Under the pieces are notes generated by a model. It saw only the letters and a list, made by a program, of their open reading frames with translations, was not told where the DNA came from and ran no database searches. The translations under genes and the position numbers were made by a program. From Gemmatimonadales bacterium (GTDB lineage: Bacteria > Gemmatimonadota > Gemmatimonadetes > Gemmatimonadales > GWC2-71-9), in NCBI GenBank assembly GCA_041613315.1, contig JBFJHJ010000008.1:1-64000 (forward strand): a stretch of DNA of 64,000 nucleotides, read 5' to 3'. This document shows positions 10,149 through 20,263 of the stretch, piece after piece. Position 1 is the stretch's first letter. Each line of letters begins with the position of its first letter.

Positions 10149-10478
10149 TCAGTTGTGGGAGTGCGCGCTCCCCGCGGTGGCCAGGTTGTAGGAACCGATC
10201 GTGGCGGCCACCCCAACCCGCTCGTCCGAGGGCTCCACCCGCACGACCTGCCCCCGGCACCGTACCTTCATGGGGGCGTCGGGATTCGCTTCCTCGAACA
10301 CGATGGTGAAGTCGATGGCCGTACCGACGATGTAGGGCCGGTCCGTGAAGAAAAACACGCCGATCGCGCTCACGTCGCGGGTAACCCCCGTGCCGTGCGG
10401 CAATTCGACGCGGAGCTCGAGCGCGTAGCGCCGTGCCCGGCGGACGTGGGGCCCGTTGATCGGCGTCACAGGACGCAC
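10149..10478 (-). CDS. Stand-alone PilZ domain protein (c-di-GMP receptor)
   Basis: RxxxR (RRARR) and DxSxxG (DVSAIG) motifs, followed by a beta-barrel pattern GQVVRV. Confidence 0.85.
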   Translation of the reverse strand: MRPVTPINGPHVRRARRYALELRVELPHGTGVTRDVSAIGVFFFTDRPYIVGTAIDFTIVFEEANPDAPMKVRCRGQVVRVEPSDERVGVAATIGSYNLATAGSAHSHN

Positions 10479-10794
10479 TCTAGGGGCAGTGCCGCAACCA
10501 GCGCCATATCATCTCGGTTCGAGTACCGTCTACCGTTCGATAGAGGCCGGGAGCGGCACCGCCCCCGGTGGTCCAGGATATCCGGCCCCCCACCCCCCGG
10601 ACTGTGACGGAGGGTACACTCCCTAGCTGCCATCTTGACCTTCCGCCGCTCCCTTCGGGGCGGTATTTTGGCTCCCTCCTCTTGCCCAACCTGCGACGAC
10701 TGGCGCGCAAGTGGCGTCGCCCTGTGCCACCTGCTGCGCATGGTCACGGCAGTCGGGATCGCGGGTAGCGCGGGGGAGTAGGACGGCGCCCGCG

Positions 10795-12513
10795 ATGCCC
10801 ACCGCCCGATTCATCCACCCCACCTATGCGCCGCGCATCCGCGCGGAGCGTACGATCGCGGTTGGCCGTGTCGTGCTTGCGCAGTTCTCGCTCCTCGCGA
10901 TCTGGCTGGACCCCGCGACCCCCGCACACAACATCACGGCCACCTACCTGCTGCTCAGCCTGTACACGGCGGCGGCGGTCGCGTTGGCCATCGTCGTGTG
11001 GTGGTCGCCGTCCCCGCTCCGCCGGCTACACCTCGTCACGCATTGCACCGAGTTGGGGTTGTTCCTGGTCTTCATGTACCTGACGGAGGGGCCCACCAGC
11101 CCCTTCTTCGTGTATTTCACGTTCTCCCTGGTGGCGGCCACGCTGCGATGGGGGTGGCGCGGCGTCGTGTGGACGGCGGCCGTTATCCTCGTGGCGTTCA
11201 ACGGCCTGGGCCTCTACACGTCGCGCGTGGCGCGGGATCCCGCTTTCGAGCTCAACCGCTTCATCATCCGGAGCGTCTACCTCACCGTGATCGCGGTCCT
11301 GCTTGGCAACCTCGGCGCCTACGAGCGGCGCTGGCGCGGTGAGGTGGCGAAGCTCGCCGCGTGGCCCCGTACCGTGCCGCAAGACATGACCGACGTGGTC
11401 CGGAACGTCCTGGAAAACGCCGCCGCCACGCTCGACGCGCCCCGGATGCTCATCGTGTGGGAGGACCAGGACGAGCCCTGGCAGCGGCTTGCCGTGTGGT
11501 CGGGCGGGGTCCTCGAGGGCCACCGGGAGCCGCCCGGTACCTACGATCCGGTGGTGCCGGCGCCGCCGGGGCGGGCGCCGTTTCTATGCGATGACCTCGG
11601 CGCATCGACTCCCGCGGTGCTCGTCGCCTCGGCCGGTGGACCGCGACCGTGGTCGGGTGCGTCGATCCACGAAGGGCTTACGTCCCGCTTCGCGATCGGT
11701 TCGGTCTTGTACGTCCCCGTGCAAGGCGAATGCGTGGACGCCCACCTCTTCGCACTCGACCGGACGAACCAGACCGCCGACGATCTGACGCTGGGACTGG
11801 TAGTCGCGCGGCAGGCTGCGGACGCGATGGACCATTTCCTCCTGTCGCGGCGAGTCCGCCAGGCCGCGGCAACGGAGGCCCGAGTGCGACTCTCCCGCGA
11901 CCTGCACGACGGCGTACTGCAGTCGCTGACCGGGGCCGCGCTCAAGCTCGAGACGGTCGACCGGCTCTGGGACCGCGATCTCCGGCTGGCGCGCGACCGC
12001 CTAGAGGAGGTCCGTCGCCTCGTCGCCGCCGAGCAGCGCGATCTGCGCGCGCTGGTGCGCGAGCTGGGACCGTCACCCTTGGGGGTCACACCCGACCGGA
12101 TCGACCTGCGGACATCACTGGAGGAGCTGGTGCAGCGCCTGAGCGGTGTCTGGGGCCTCCGCGTGCGGCTGCTGCTCGACGCGCCGGTGGGCGACGTACC
12201 GTCGGCCGTCGCCTACGAGACCTATCGCATCGTGCAGGAAGCCCTCGTCAACGTCGCGCGACACGCTGCCGCGTCCGAAGCCCGCGTGACGATCACGCGC
12301 CGCAACGGAGAGCTGCACGTGGTGGTGGTGGACAACGGCCGGGGGTTCCCGTTCCGCGGCCGCTACGATCATGCGACCCTCACCGGCCTCGAGATCGGGC
12401 CGGCGACGTTGCGCGGCCGCGTGGCTACCCTGGGCGGGAGCCTCGACATCGACTCGAGCGACGCGGGTGCCCGGCTCGATATCCACCTTCCCTTGGCCGG
12501 GACGGAAGCCTGA
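10795..12513 (+). CDS. Membrane sensor histidine kinase (HisKA_3, NarX/DesK-like)
   Basis: N-terminal TM helices, RLSRDLHDGVLQ, QEALVNVARHA and DNGRG. Confidence 0.9.
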   Translation: MPTARFIHPTYAPRIRAERTIAVGRVVLAQFSLLAIWLDPATPAHNITATYLLLSLYTAAAVALAIVVWWSPSPLRRLHLVTHCTELGLFLVFMYLTEGPTSPFFVYFTFSLVAATLRWGWRGVVWTAAVILVAFNGLGLYTSRVARDPAFELNRFIIRSVYLTVIAVLLGNLGAYERRWRGEVAKLAAWPRTVPQDMTDVVRNVLENAAATLDAPRMLIVWEDQDEPWQRLAVWSGGVLEGHREPPGTYDPVVPAPPGRAPFLCDDLGASTPAVLVASAGGPRPWSGASIHEGLTSRFAIGSVLYVPVQGECVDAHLFALDRTNQTADDLTLGLVVARQAADAMDHFLLSRRVRQAAATEARVRLSRDLHDGVLQSLTGAALKLETVDRLWDRDLRLARDRLEEVRRLVAAEQRDLRALVRELGPSPLGVTPDRIDLRTSLEELVQRLSGVWGLRVRLLLDAPVGDVPSAVAYETYRIVQEALVNVARHAAASEARVTITRRNGELHVVVVDNGRGFPFRGRYDHATLTGLEIGPATLRGRVATLGGSLDIDSSDAGARLDIHLPLAGTEA

Positions 12514-12514
12514 C

Positions 12515-13153
12515 GTGACGATCCGCGTCGTCCTGGCCGACGATCACCCGATCGTGATGGACGGCCTCGAGAGCCTGTTCCGGCTCGAGCCTGATTTCCA
12601 GATCGTGGCGCGATGCCAGAACGGCGACGAAGCCCTGCACGCGGTGCGCCGCCACCGCCCGGACGTGCTCATCGTCGACCTCCGGATGCCGAAGCTGGAC
12701 GGCATGGCCGTGGTCCGCTCACTCCACGAGGAAAAGCTGCCGACGCGGGTGATCCTGCTCGCGGGAGCGATCGACCGCACCGATGCCCTCGAAGCCCTCC
12801 GGCTGGGGGTGCGCGGCATGGTGCTGAAGGAGCTGGCCCCGCGGCTCCTGATCCAGTGCGTCCGCAAGGTCCACGCGGGCGAGACGTGGGTGGAGAAGAG
12901 CTCCGTCACCGGCGCGCTCGAGACCCTTCTGCGGCGCGAAGCGGCCATGCGCGAGGTGGGGGCCCACCTGACGCCGCGGGAGATCGAGCTCGTGCGCATG
13001 GTGGCCGGCGGGCTCCGCAACAGGCAGATGGCCCAGCAGCTCTCGATCACCGAGGGCACGGTCAAGATCCACCTGCACAACGTGTACCAGAAGCTCAAGG
13101 TCGAGAACCGGGTGCAGCTCGTGCTCTACGCCCAGTCCAAAGGCCTCGTCTGA
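12515..13153 (+). CDS. NarL/LuxR-family response regulator
   Basis: LADDHP, VDLRMP, and HTH LTPRE...TVKIHLHNVYQKL. Confidence 0.93.
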   Translation: MTIRVVLADDHPIVMDGLESLFRLEPDFQIVARCQNGDEALHAVRRHRPDVLIVDLRMPKLDGMAVVRSLHEEKLPTRVILLAGAIDRTDALEALRLGVRGMVLKELAPRLLIQCVRKVHAGETWVEKSSVTGALETLLRREAAMREVGAHLTPREIELVRMVAGGLRNRQMAQQLSITEGTVKIHLHNVYQKLKVENRVQLVLYAQSKGLV

Positions 13154-13214
13154 GCCTGGCCGGAACCGGCGTTACCTTTCCGCAGAACCAAGGAATCCAG
13201 GATCTGGAGGGGCG

Positions 13215-14204
13215 ATGCCGAAGGCCGGGAGCGGCGGCAAGAAGAAGGCGGCCAAACCGGGTGCCAAGCGCACCCGCAAGAAGAAAGCGGCCGAGCCCAA
13301 GTCCCGCGGGCTCACCGCGGCCCAGGTGGCCTCGGGCACAGCACCCGCCGCCGTCGAGCAACTGACCGAGGCGATCGCCGCCGACGGCGGCACCGTGCTC
13401 GGGACCTACAAGGACCCGCTGGGCGGCAAGTGGCAGGTGCTCGCGGGGCTCCCGATCGACCGGGTCGAGCCCACCCCGTTCCAGCGCGACCTCTCCGACG
13501 CCCACGTGGCCCGCCTCGCCGACGCGATCGACAAGCTGGATCGCTATCTCGACCCCGTGATCGCCGTGCGGACCGACGAGGGGCAGTACTGGGTCCCGAA
13601 CGGGCACCACCGCCTCGGGGCGCTCAAGCGGCTCGGGAGCAAGTCCATCGTGGCGCTCGTCGTGCCCGAACGCGAGGTGGCCTATCGCATCCTGGCGCTC
13701 AACACCGAGAAGGCGCACAACCTCCGGGAGCGCGCCCTGGAGGTGATCCGTCTGGCGCAGGCGCTGGCGGAGCTGGACGCGCGCCCCGAGAAGGATTTCG
13801 CGACCGAGTTCGAGGAGCCGGCCCTCCTCACGCTGGGGCTGTGTTACCAGCAGAAGGGCCGCTTCTCGGGCGGCGCTTACCACTCGGTGATCAAGCGCGT
13901 GGACGCCTTCCTCGCGGCCAAGCTGCCCGCCGCGCTCGAGACCCGCGGCGCGCGCGCCACCCGTGTGCTCGAGCTGGACGAGACCGTGAACGCGGCGGTG
14001 GCGCAGCTCAAGGAGCACGGGTTCCAGAGCCCGTACCTCAAGGTCTTCGTGGTGGCGCGGATCAACCCGCTACGTTTCAAGCGCGGCGCCACGGGGGAGT
14101 TCGACGAAACGCTCGACAGGATGCTGGCCGCCGCTCAACGGTTCGACGCGAGCAAGGTGCGGGCGGACCAGTTGGCGGGGGCGTCGGGGCCACCGGAGGA
14201 CTAG
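13215..14204 (+). CDS. ParB N-terminal (ParB/Srx) domain protein with a Lys-rich N-tail
   Basis: PTPFQR, DPVIAV and NGHHRL (GxxR) motifs. No parA is adjacent. Confidence 0.8.
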   Translation: MPKAGSGGKKKAAKPGAKRTRKKKAAEPKSRGLTAAQVASGTAPAAVEQLTEAIAADGGTVLGTYKDPLGGKWQVLAGLPIDRVEPTPFQRDLSDAHVARLADAIDKLDRYLDPVIAVRTDEGQYWVPNGHHRLGALKRLGSKSIVALVVPEREVAYRILALNTEKAHNLRERALEVIRLAQALAELDARPEKDFATEFEEPALLTLGLCYQQKGRFSGGAYHSVIKRVDAFLAAKLPAALETRGARATRVLELDETVNAAVAQLKEHGFQSPYLKVFVVARINPLRFKRGATGEFDETLDRMLAAAQRFDASKVRADQLAGASGPPED

Positions 14205-14217
14205 GGCGCCAAAGCCA

Positions 14218-14245
14218 AGGGCGCGCCGAAATGACGGCGCGCCCT
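14218..14245 (+). terminator. Terminator-like hairpin
   Basis: AGGGCGCGCCG-AAATGA-CGGCGCGCCCT after the stop codon. The U-tract is poor. Confidence 0.45.
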
Positions 14246-14532
14246 CAGGTCGGCGGAGCGAAGAGTCTTATTGAATCCCGACACCACACGGCTGCGGTGT
14301 CCGCCTCGGTTTCGGTCGTCCCCGTCCCGGGTCGGGGCGTGACGTCAACAGAGGCCGCAACACCCTCGTTTGCCTCTGCTGGTCAATGAAGAGCCTCTGC
14401 GCTCCGCGTCCCAAGCAGAAACCTAGCGGGCGCCCGGCCGGCGTCAAGCGCGGGCGAACGCCCCCTCGCCGGTCTCGCGAACCCCCGCCGCCGCCGCCAT
14501 CTTGAGACCGAACGCTTCAGCCAGGAGACCTC

Positions 14533-15000
14533 ATGCGACCTCGAGCGGTGTGCGCCATCCTTGCGATCGCGGCCGGCGCGGCCTGTATGGTGTCCGCCTC
14601 CGATCCCGCCACGCTCCGCACCGAATTGATGGAGCGGGACCGTGCGTTCAATCGCGCCACGCAGGAGCGCGGTGCCGACGCATGGCCCGAGTACTTCGCC
14701 GACGACGGGGCCATGATCCGTGCCGGTGAAGGCGAGATCCGCGGCGCGCACACGATTCATCAGGCGATCGCCGCGACCCTGGCCGACGGGAAGGCGAGCC
14801 TCACCTGGGAGCCGATCCGCGCCGACGCGTCGGCGGGCGGCGACCTCGGCTACACCGTGGGGAGCTACGTCTACCGCGGGCCCGGGCCGGAAGGCACGCC
14901 GGCCGAACAGCGCGGCCTCTACGTCACGATCTGGAAGAAAGATCGCGCCGGCCGGTGGAAGATCGTGATGGACCTGGGAAACCCCACGGACGGGACGTAG
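14533..15000 (+). CDS. NTF2-like / DUF4440 (YybH-like) secreted protein
   Basis: Signal peptide, ASAGGDLGYTVG and YVTIWKK..G.WKIVMD. Confidence 0.85.
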   Translation: MRPRAVCAILAIAAGAACMVSASDPATLRTELMERDRAFNRATQERGADAWPEYFADDGAMIRAGEGEIRGAHTIHQAIAATLADGKASLTWEPIRADASAGGDLGYTVGSYVYRGPGPEGTPAEQRGLYVTIWKKDRAGRWKIVMDLGNPTDGT

Positions 15001-15031
15001 CACCGGGCTCCCTCACCCGACCCGACCGCCC

Positions 15032-16021
15032 ATGGGAACGCCCCCGGATCGCAACATCGGCCTCGAGCTGGTCCGGGCGACCGAGGCCGCCGCCCTGGCC
15101 GCGGCGCGCTGGGTGGGACGCGGCGACAAGCACGCCGGGGACCAGGCGGCCGTGGACGCGATGCGGCTGCTCCTGAGCCGGGTGGACATGAACGGCGTGA
15201 TCGTGATCGGCGAGGGGGAGAAAGACCGGGCGCCGATGCTGTACACCGGCGAGAAGGTCGGCGCTGGGGCGGGGCCGACGGTGGACGTCGCGGTGGACCC
15301 CGTCGAGGGTACCAACCTGTTGGCGAAGGGTCTCCCCAACGCGATCGCCATCGTGGGGCTCGCGCCGTCCGGCGGGATGTGGCGGTGCGGCGCATCGTTC
15401 TACATGGACAAGCTCGTCACCGGACCGGAGGCGGCAGGCCGGGTGGCGCTCGACCACCCGGTGGACGAGACGCTTGCCGTCGTGGCCGACGCCAAGGGGA
15501 TGCGCGTCGAGGAACTGACCGTCGTGCTCCTCGACCGGCGGCGCAACGCCGACAAGATCGCGGCGATCCGGCGCGCGGGGGCGCGGGTCCGGCTGATCAG
15601 CGACGGCGACGTGGCGCCGGCGCTCATGACGTGTCTGCCCGGCACCGGCATCGACGTCGTGATGGGCATCGGCGGGACGCCCGAGGGCGTGATCACCGCC
15701 TGCGCCATGCACGGGCTGAACGGCGAGCTGCAGGGACGGCTGGCGCCCCAGTCCGAGGAGGAGCGCGCCCGTGTCGAGCGCGAGGGGCTCGACCTCGACC
15801 GCACGCTCACCCATCGCGACCTGGTGACCGGCGAGGACGTGTTCTTCGCCGCCACCGGCGTCACGCAGGGCGACTTCCTGCGGGGCGTCGCCTACACCCG
15901 GGACGGCGCGATCACGCACTCGCTCGTGACCCGATCCCGTTCCGGCACCTGGCGGGTGATCGAGTCGCACCACCGCTGGGAGAAGCTGGTCCCCTTGAGC
16001 GCGGTGTCGTACCGGGAGTGA
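15032..16021 (+). CDS. glpX: Class II fructose-1,6-bisphosphatase
   Basis: ELVRATEAAA, IGEGEKDRAPML, DPVEGT, SDGDV, GGTPEGV and FAATGVT. Confidence 0.95.
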   Translation: MGTPPDRNIGLELVRATEAAALAAARWVGRGDKHAGDQAAVDAMRLLLSRVDMNGVIVIGEGEKDRAPMLYTGEKVGAGAGPTVDVAVDPVEGTNLLAKGLPNAIAIVGLAPSGGMWRCGASFYMDKLVTGPEAAGRVALDHPVDETLAVVADAKGMRVEELTVVLLDRRRNADKIAAIRRAGARVRLISDGDVAPALMTCLPGTGIDVVMGIGGTPEGVITACAMHGLNGELQGRLAPQSEEERARVEREGLDLDRTLTHRDLVTGEDVFFAATGVTQGDFLRGVAYTRDGAITHSLVTRSRSGTWRVIESHHRWEKLVPLSAVSYRE

Positions 16022-16117
16022 GCCGGACGCGGCCAATGGGAAAACCACCCGCGCCTAGCCCCGGCGCGTCCCGAACGATATTCTACCGGCCCCACCTTTA
16101 ACGACGAGGAACGTACC

Positions 16118-18841
16118 ATGTCACGACGCTCGTGCGCACGACGGGCGGGGTGCCGCTCGCCGATCCTGCTCGCCGCGGCGACCATGACGCTGGCCGCGCC
16201 GGCGGCGGCGCAGGCGCCGTCGCCGCCGCCCCATCTCGCCATCGTCAACGCCCGCATCGTTACCGTCTCCGGCCGTACGCTGGAGCGCGGCACGATCGTG
16301 ATGAACGACGGGCTGATCACCGCGGTGGGGCCGAACGTGGCCGTGCCGCCCGGCGCCTGGGTGATCGACGGCGCGGGCCTCACCGTCTATCCGGGCCTCG
16401 TGGACGCGCTCTCCACCGTGGCGCTTCCCCAGTCGCTCAAGCAGCCGGAAGGCCGCGCGCGGGGAGGCGGAGCGCGCGGCGGCGCCGGCGATGATGAATC
16501 GTACTCGCGCGGTCCCGAGGATCGACCCGGGACGTTCACGTGGGTGAGCGCGGCCGACCAGTTGAACGCGGGCGACGACGCCGTCGCCACGTGGCGCAAC
16601 GCCGGATTCACGACGGTGGTCGCCGCGCCGGAGCGCGGGTTCTTCCCCGGGCAGGCGTCGGTGATCAACCTCGCCGGCGACCGGCCCAACGACATGGTGG
16701 TCGCGACCCCGGTGGCGGTGCGGGTGAACTTCCAGTCCGGCCCCGGATTCCCGGGGTACCCCAACTCGCTCATGGGCGCGATCGCCTACGTGAAACAGGT
16801 GTTCTTCGACGCCGCGTACTACGACCGGGCATGGACGCGTTACGCCGCGGGGCCCACGGGGATGGAGCGGCCGGCCTACGACCGCGCGCTCGAGCCGTTG
16901 CGACTGACGCTCACGGCGCGCCGGCCGGTGCTCTACCCGGGCAACCTGGACAAGGAGATTCGCCGCGCGCTCGACATCGCGGCGGAGACGAACACCGCAC
17001 CGGTCATCTACGGCGCGCAGGAGGCGTACCGCACGGCGCCACTCCTCGCCCAACGCGGCGTGCCCGTGCTGGTGAACGTCGATTGGCCGGAGCGGCCCAG
17101 CGACGGTGACCCCGACGCCGAGCCTCCGCTCTCGACCTTGCGCTTCCGCGACCGGGCGCCGACGACGCCGGCCGAGCTCGAGAAGGCGGGCGTCGCGTTC
17201 GCCTTCTACTCGGGGGACGCCGACCCCGCGAAGGTGTTCGTCAACGTGCGCAAGGCCATCGCCCTCGGCCTCCCGGCGGACGTCGCGGTGCGGGCCATGA
17301 CGCTCGCCCCCGCGCGGATCTACGGCGTGGCCGATCGGCTCGGCAGCCTCGAGGTGGGCAAGATCGCCAACCTCGTCGTCACCGACGGCGACCTGTTCGG
17401 CGAGAAGACCACGGTGAAGATGGTGTTCGTGGACGGCCGGAAGTTCGACGCGGCGCGCCGCGAGGGCCGGGCGGCCCGCGCCGGTGCCGACTCCGCGCGG
17501 GCGGCCACGACCGCCGCCGCCGTGCAGCCGCCCACACCGATGACTCCGGATCGCGGCCCCATCGGGACGGAGCGCGCGACGCTCATCCGCAACGCCACGA
17601 TCCTGACGGTCGCCAACGGTACGATCGAGAACGGCGCGATCCTGATTCGGAACGGGAAGATCGCCGCGGTCGGCGCCGACGTGAGCGCGCCCCGCGACGC
17701 GACCGTGATCGACGCCGCCGGGAAGTACGTCATGCCCGGCATCATCGATGCGCACTCCCACATCGCGACGGACGCGGTCAACGAGGGGAGCATCTCGGTC
17801 TCCGCCATGGTGGGGATTCCCGACGTGATCGATCCGGACGACATCGGGATCTACCGCGCCCTGGCCGGCGGTGTGACCACCATCAACGTGCTGCACGGCA
17901 GCGCCAACCCCATCGGCGGCAAGAACGCCGTGCTCAAGCTGCGATGGGGCGCCGACGCGAAAGGGCTCGTCTTCGACGGCGCGCCTCCCGGAATCAAGTT
18001 CGCGCTCGGCGAAAACACCAAGCGCGACCGCAATCCGGACCGCTACCCGGCGACCCGGATGGGCGTGCAGGACGTGATCCGGCAGGCCTTCATCGACGCG
18101 CAGCAGTACCAGCGCGAGTGGCGGGCATACAACGCGCTGTCCGACCGGGCGAAGCGGACGGCCGTCGCGCCGCGCCGCGACCTCAAGCTCGAGTCGCTGG
18201 CGGAGATCCTGGAGGGCAAGCGCCTGGTGCACGCCCACTCGTACCGGGGAGACGAGATTCTGCAGCTCATCCGCCTCGCCGACGAGTTCGGATTCCGGAT
18301 CGCCACCTTCCAGCACGTGCTCGAGGGCTACAAGGTCGCCGACGAGATCGCGGCGCACGGCGCGGGCGCGTCCACGTTCTCCGACTGGTGGGCTTACAAG
18401 GTCGAGGCGTACGACGCGATTCCCTACAACGCCGCGCTGATGACGGAACGCGGCGTGGTCGCGTCGATCAATTCCGACAGCGGGGAGGAGATGCGGCACC
18501 TGAACCAGGAGGCCGCCAAGGCCATGAAGTGGGGTGGCCTGTCCGAGACCGAGGCGCTCAAGCTGGTGACGCTCAACCCCGCCCGGCAACTCGGCGTCGC
18601 CGACCGCGTCGGGTCCATCGAGGTCGGGAAGGATGCCGATCTCGTGATCTACGCCGGGCACCCCCTCAGCATCATGGCCGTGGTGGAGCAGACGTTCGTC
18701 GACGGCCGGCTCTACTTCGACCGCGATCACGACCGCGAGCTGCGGCAACAGCTCGCGTCCGAGAAGCAAGCGCTGCTCGACAAGTCGAAGAGCGAGGCCC
18801 CGACGCCCCGGGTCACCACCGACACCGGCGCGGGGAGGTAA
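16118..18841 (+). CDS. Secreted double-domain amidohydrolase
   Basis: Two amidohydrolase repeats. The first has DALS (no HxH); the second has DAHSH. GSLEVGK and GSIEVGKDAD are present. Confidence 0.9.
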   Translation: MSRRSCARRAGCRSPILLAAATMTLAAPAAAQAPSPPPHLAIVNARIVTVSGRTLERGTIVMNDGLITAVGPNVAVPPGAWVIDGAGLTVYPGLVDALSTVALPQSLKQPEGRARGGGARGGAGDDESYSRGPEDRPGTFTWVSAADQLNAGDDAVATWRNAGFTTVVAAPERGFFPGQASVINLAGDRPNDMVVATPVAVRVNFQSGPGFPGYPNSLMGAIAYVKQVFFDAAYYDRAWTRYAAGPTGMERPAYDRALEPLRLTLTARRPVLYPGNLDKEIRRALDIAAETNTAPVIYGAQEAYRTAPLLAQRGVPVLVNVDWPERPSDGDPDAEPPLSTLRFRDRAPTTPAELEKAGVAFAFYSGDADPAKVFVNVRKAIALGLPADVAVRAMTLAPARIYGVADRLGSLEVGKIANLVVTDGDLFGEKTTVKMVFVDGRKFDAARREGRAARAGADSARAATTAAAVQPPTPMTPDRGPIGTERATLIRNATILTVANGTIENGAILIRNGKIAAVGADVSAPRDATVIDAAGKYVMPGIIDAHSHIATDAVNEGSISVSAMVGIPDVIDPDDIGIYRALAGGVTTINVLHGSANPIGGKNAVLKLRWGADAKGLVFDGAPPGIKFALGENTKRDRNPDRYPATRMGVQDVIRQAFIDAQQYQREWRAYNALSDRAKRTAVAPRRDLKLESLAEILEGKRLVHAHSYRGDEILQLIRLADEFGFRIATFQHVLEGYKVADEIAAHGAGASTFSDWWAYKVEAYDAIPYNAALMTERGVVASINSDSGEEMRHLNQEAAKAMKWGGLSETEALKLVTLNPARQLGVADRVGSIEVGKDADLVIYAGHPLSIMAVVEQTFVDGRLYFDRDHDRELRQQLASEKQALLDKSKSEAPTPRVTTDTGAGR

Positions 18842-18843
18842 CC

Positions 18844-20145
18844 ATGCGACCCACACGAATCATCTCGACCGTCGTGGCGCTCGCCGCGCTGCCCGTCGCC
18901 CCGCTCGCCGCGCAGGGGGGCGGGTCGGTCCTCGCCATCCGGGGCGGCACGGTGCACACGCTCGCCGGCCCACCGATCGCGAACGGCACGGTTATCGTGC
19001 AGGACGGCAAGATCGCGGCGGTGGGCGCCGACGTGAGCGTGCCGGCCGGCGCGCGCGTGATCGATGCCACCGGCAAGCACGTCTACCCCGGCCTGTTCGA
19101 CGCGATCACACGGCTCGGGCTCACCGAGATCGGGCAGGTCACCGTCACCAACGACTATCTCGAGCTGGGGACCTTCAACCCCCACCTGCTGGGCGCCACC
19201 GCCGTCCATCCGGCGAGCGAGCACATCCCGGTGGCGCGCGCCAACGGCATCACGCACGCCGCCGCGGCGCCCAACGCGCGGAGCGGCGGCATCGGCGGCC
19301 AGGCCTCGCTCATCGATCTGGACGGCTGGACCATCGAGGAGATGCTGATCGCGCCGTCGGTCGGGATGATCGTCGACTGGCCGAGCATCCAGACCCGTGA
19401 GTTCGACGTCTCGACGTTCTCGATGCGCGAGCGCTCGTACCGCGAGGCCAAACAGCAATACGAGGAGCGGCGGGACTCGTTGGCGGCCTGGCTCGAGGCG
19501 GCACGGCGCTATCAGCGCGCGACCGCCGCGGGAGAGAACGTCAAACGCGATCTCAAGCTCGAGGCCCTGGCGCGCGTCACGCAGGGCGCGCTGCCGTTCC
19601 TCGTCATGGCCAACACCGATCGCGAGATCAAGGAAGCCGTCGCGTTCGCGGACTCGCAGCAGGTGAAGATCGTGATCCTCGGCGGGCGCGAGGCTCGGAA
19701 GGTGCGGGAGCTGCTCGCCGAAAAGAAGATCCCCGTCATCTTGGGAGCGTCGCAACAGCTCCCGTCCGGGGAGGACGAGCCCTACGACGAGCAGTACGCT
19801 CAGCCCGGGATGCTGCATGCCGCGGGCGTCACGTTCGCCATCTCGACGTTCAACGCCTCGGCGAGCCGCACTCTCCCGTACGAGGCCGGCACCGCCGTGC
19901 CGTACGGGCTCCCCGCGGAGGAAGCGCTCAAGGCCGTCACGCTCTACCCGGCGCAGATCCTGGGCGTCGCCGACCGGCTGGGCACGATCGAGGTGGGCAA
20001 GCTCGCCAACCTCTTCGTGGCGGACGGCGACCCGCTGGAGATCCGCACACAGGTCACGAACGTGATCATCAAGGGCCGGGACGTCGGCGTGCGCGACAGG
20101 CACCTCGAGCTGTACGAGAAGTACCGGGCGCGACCGAAGCCGTAG
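18844..20145 (+). CDS. Secreted amidohydrolase-family protein, metal site degenerate
   Basis: Signal peptide, PGLFDAIT (no HxH) and GTIEVGKLAN. Confidence 0.88.
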   Translation: MRPTRIISTVVALAALPVAPLAAQGGGSVLAIRGGTVHTLAGPPIANGTVIVQDGKIAAVGADVSVPAGARVIDATGKHVYPGLFDAITRLGLTEIGQVTVTNDYLELGTFNPHLLGATAVHPASEHIPVARANGITHAAAAPNARSGGIGGQASLIDLDGWTIEEMLIAPSVGMIVDWPSIQTREFDVSTFSMRERSYREAKQQYEERRDSLAAWLEAARRYQRATAAGENVKRDLKLEALARVTQGALPFLVMANTDREIKEAVAFADSQQVKIVILGGREARKVRELLAEKKIPVILGASQQLPSGEDEPYDEQYAQPGMLHAAGVTFAISTFNASASRTLPYEAGTAVPYGLPAEEALKAVTLYPAQILGVADRLGTIEVGKLANLFVADGDPLEIRTQVTNVIIKGRDVGVRDRHLELYEKYRARPKP

Positions 20146-20263
20146 CACGGCCCTCCGGCGCCCCCGTCGGACCGCGCGTCCGGGTCGGGAACCCCCGACG
20201 CGGACGCGCGGTTGCACGGGGGCGCACGTTTTCTTTACACCCTCATGGAGCGATGAGGCAGGC

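Noticed and set aside
10690..10720. Sigma-54 promoter before the sensor kinase
   Set aside because: GG-N10-GC is present but the -12 element is TGGC; this is too weak in GC-rich DNA.
16121..18856. 911-aa antisense ORF, and similar ones at 45240-48149, 54410-57346 and 3439-5589
   Set aside because: These are shadow ORFs opposite well-supported genes, expected at high GC, and have no recognisable motifs.
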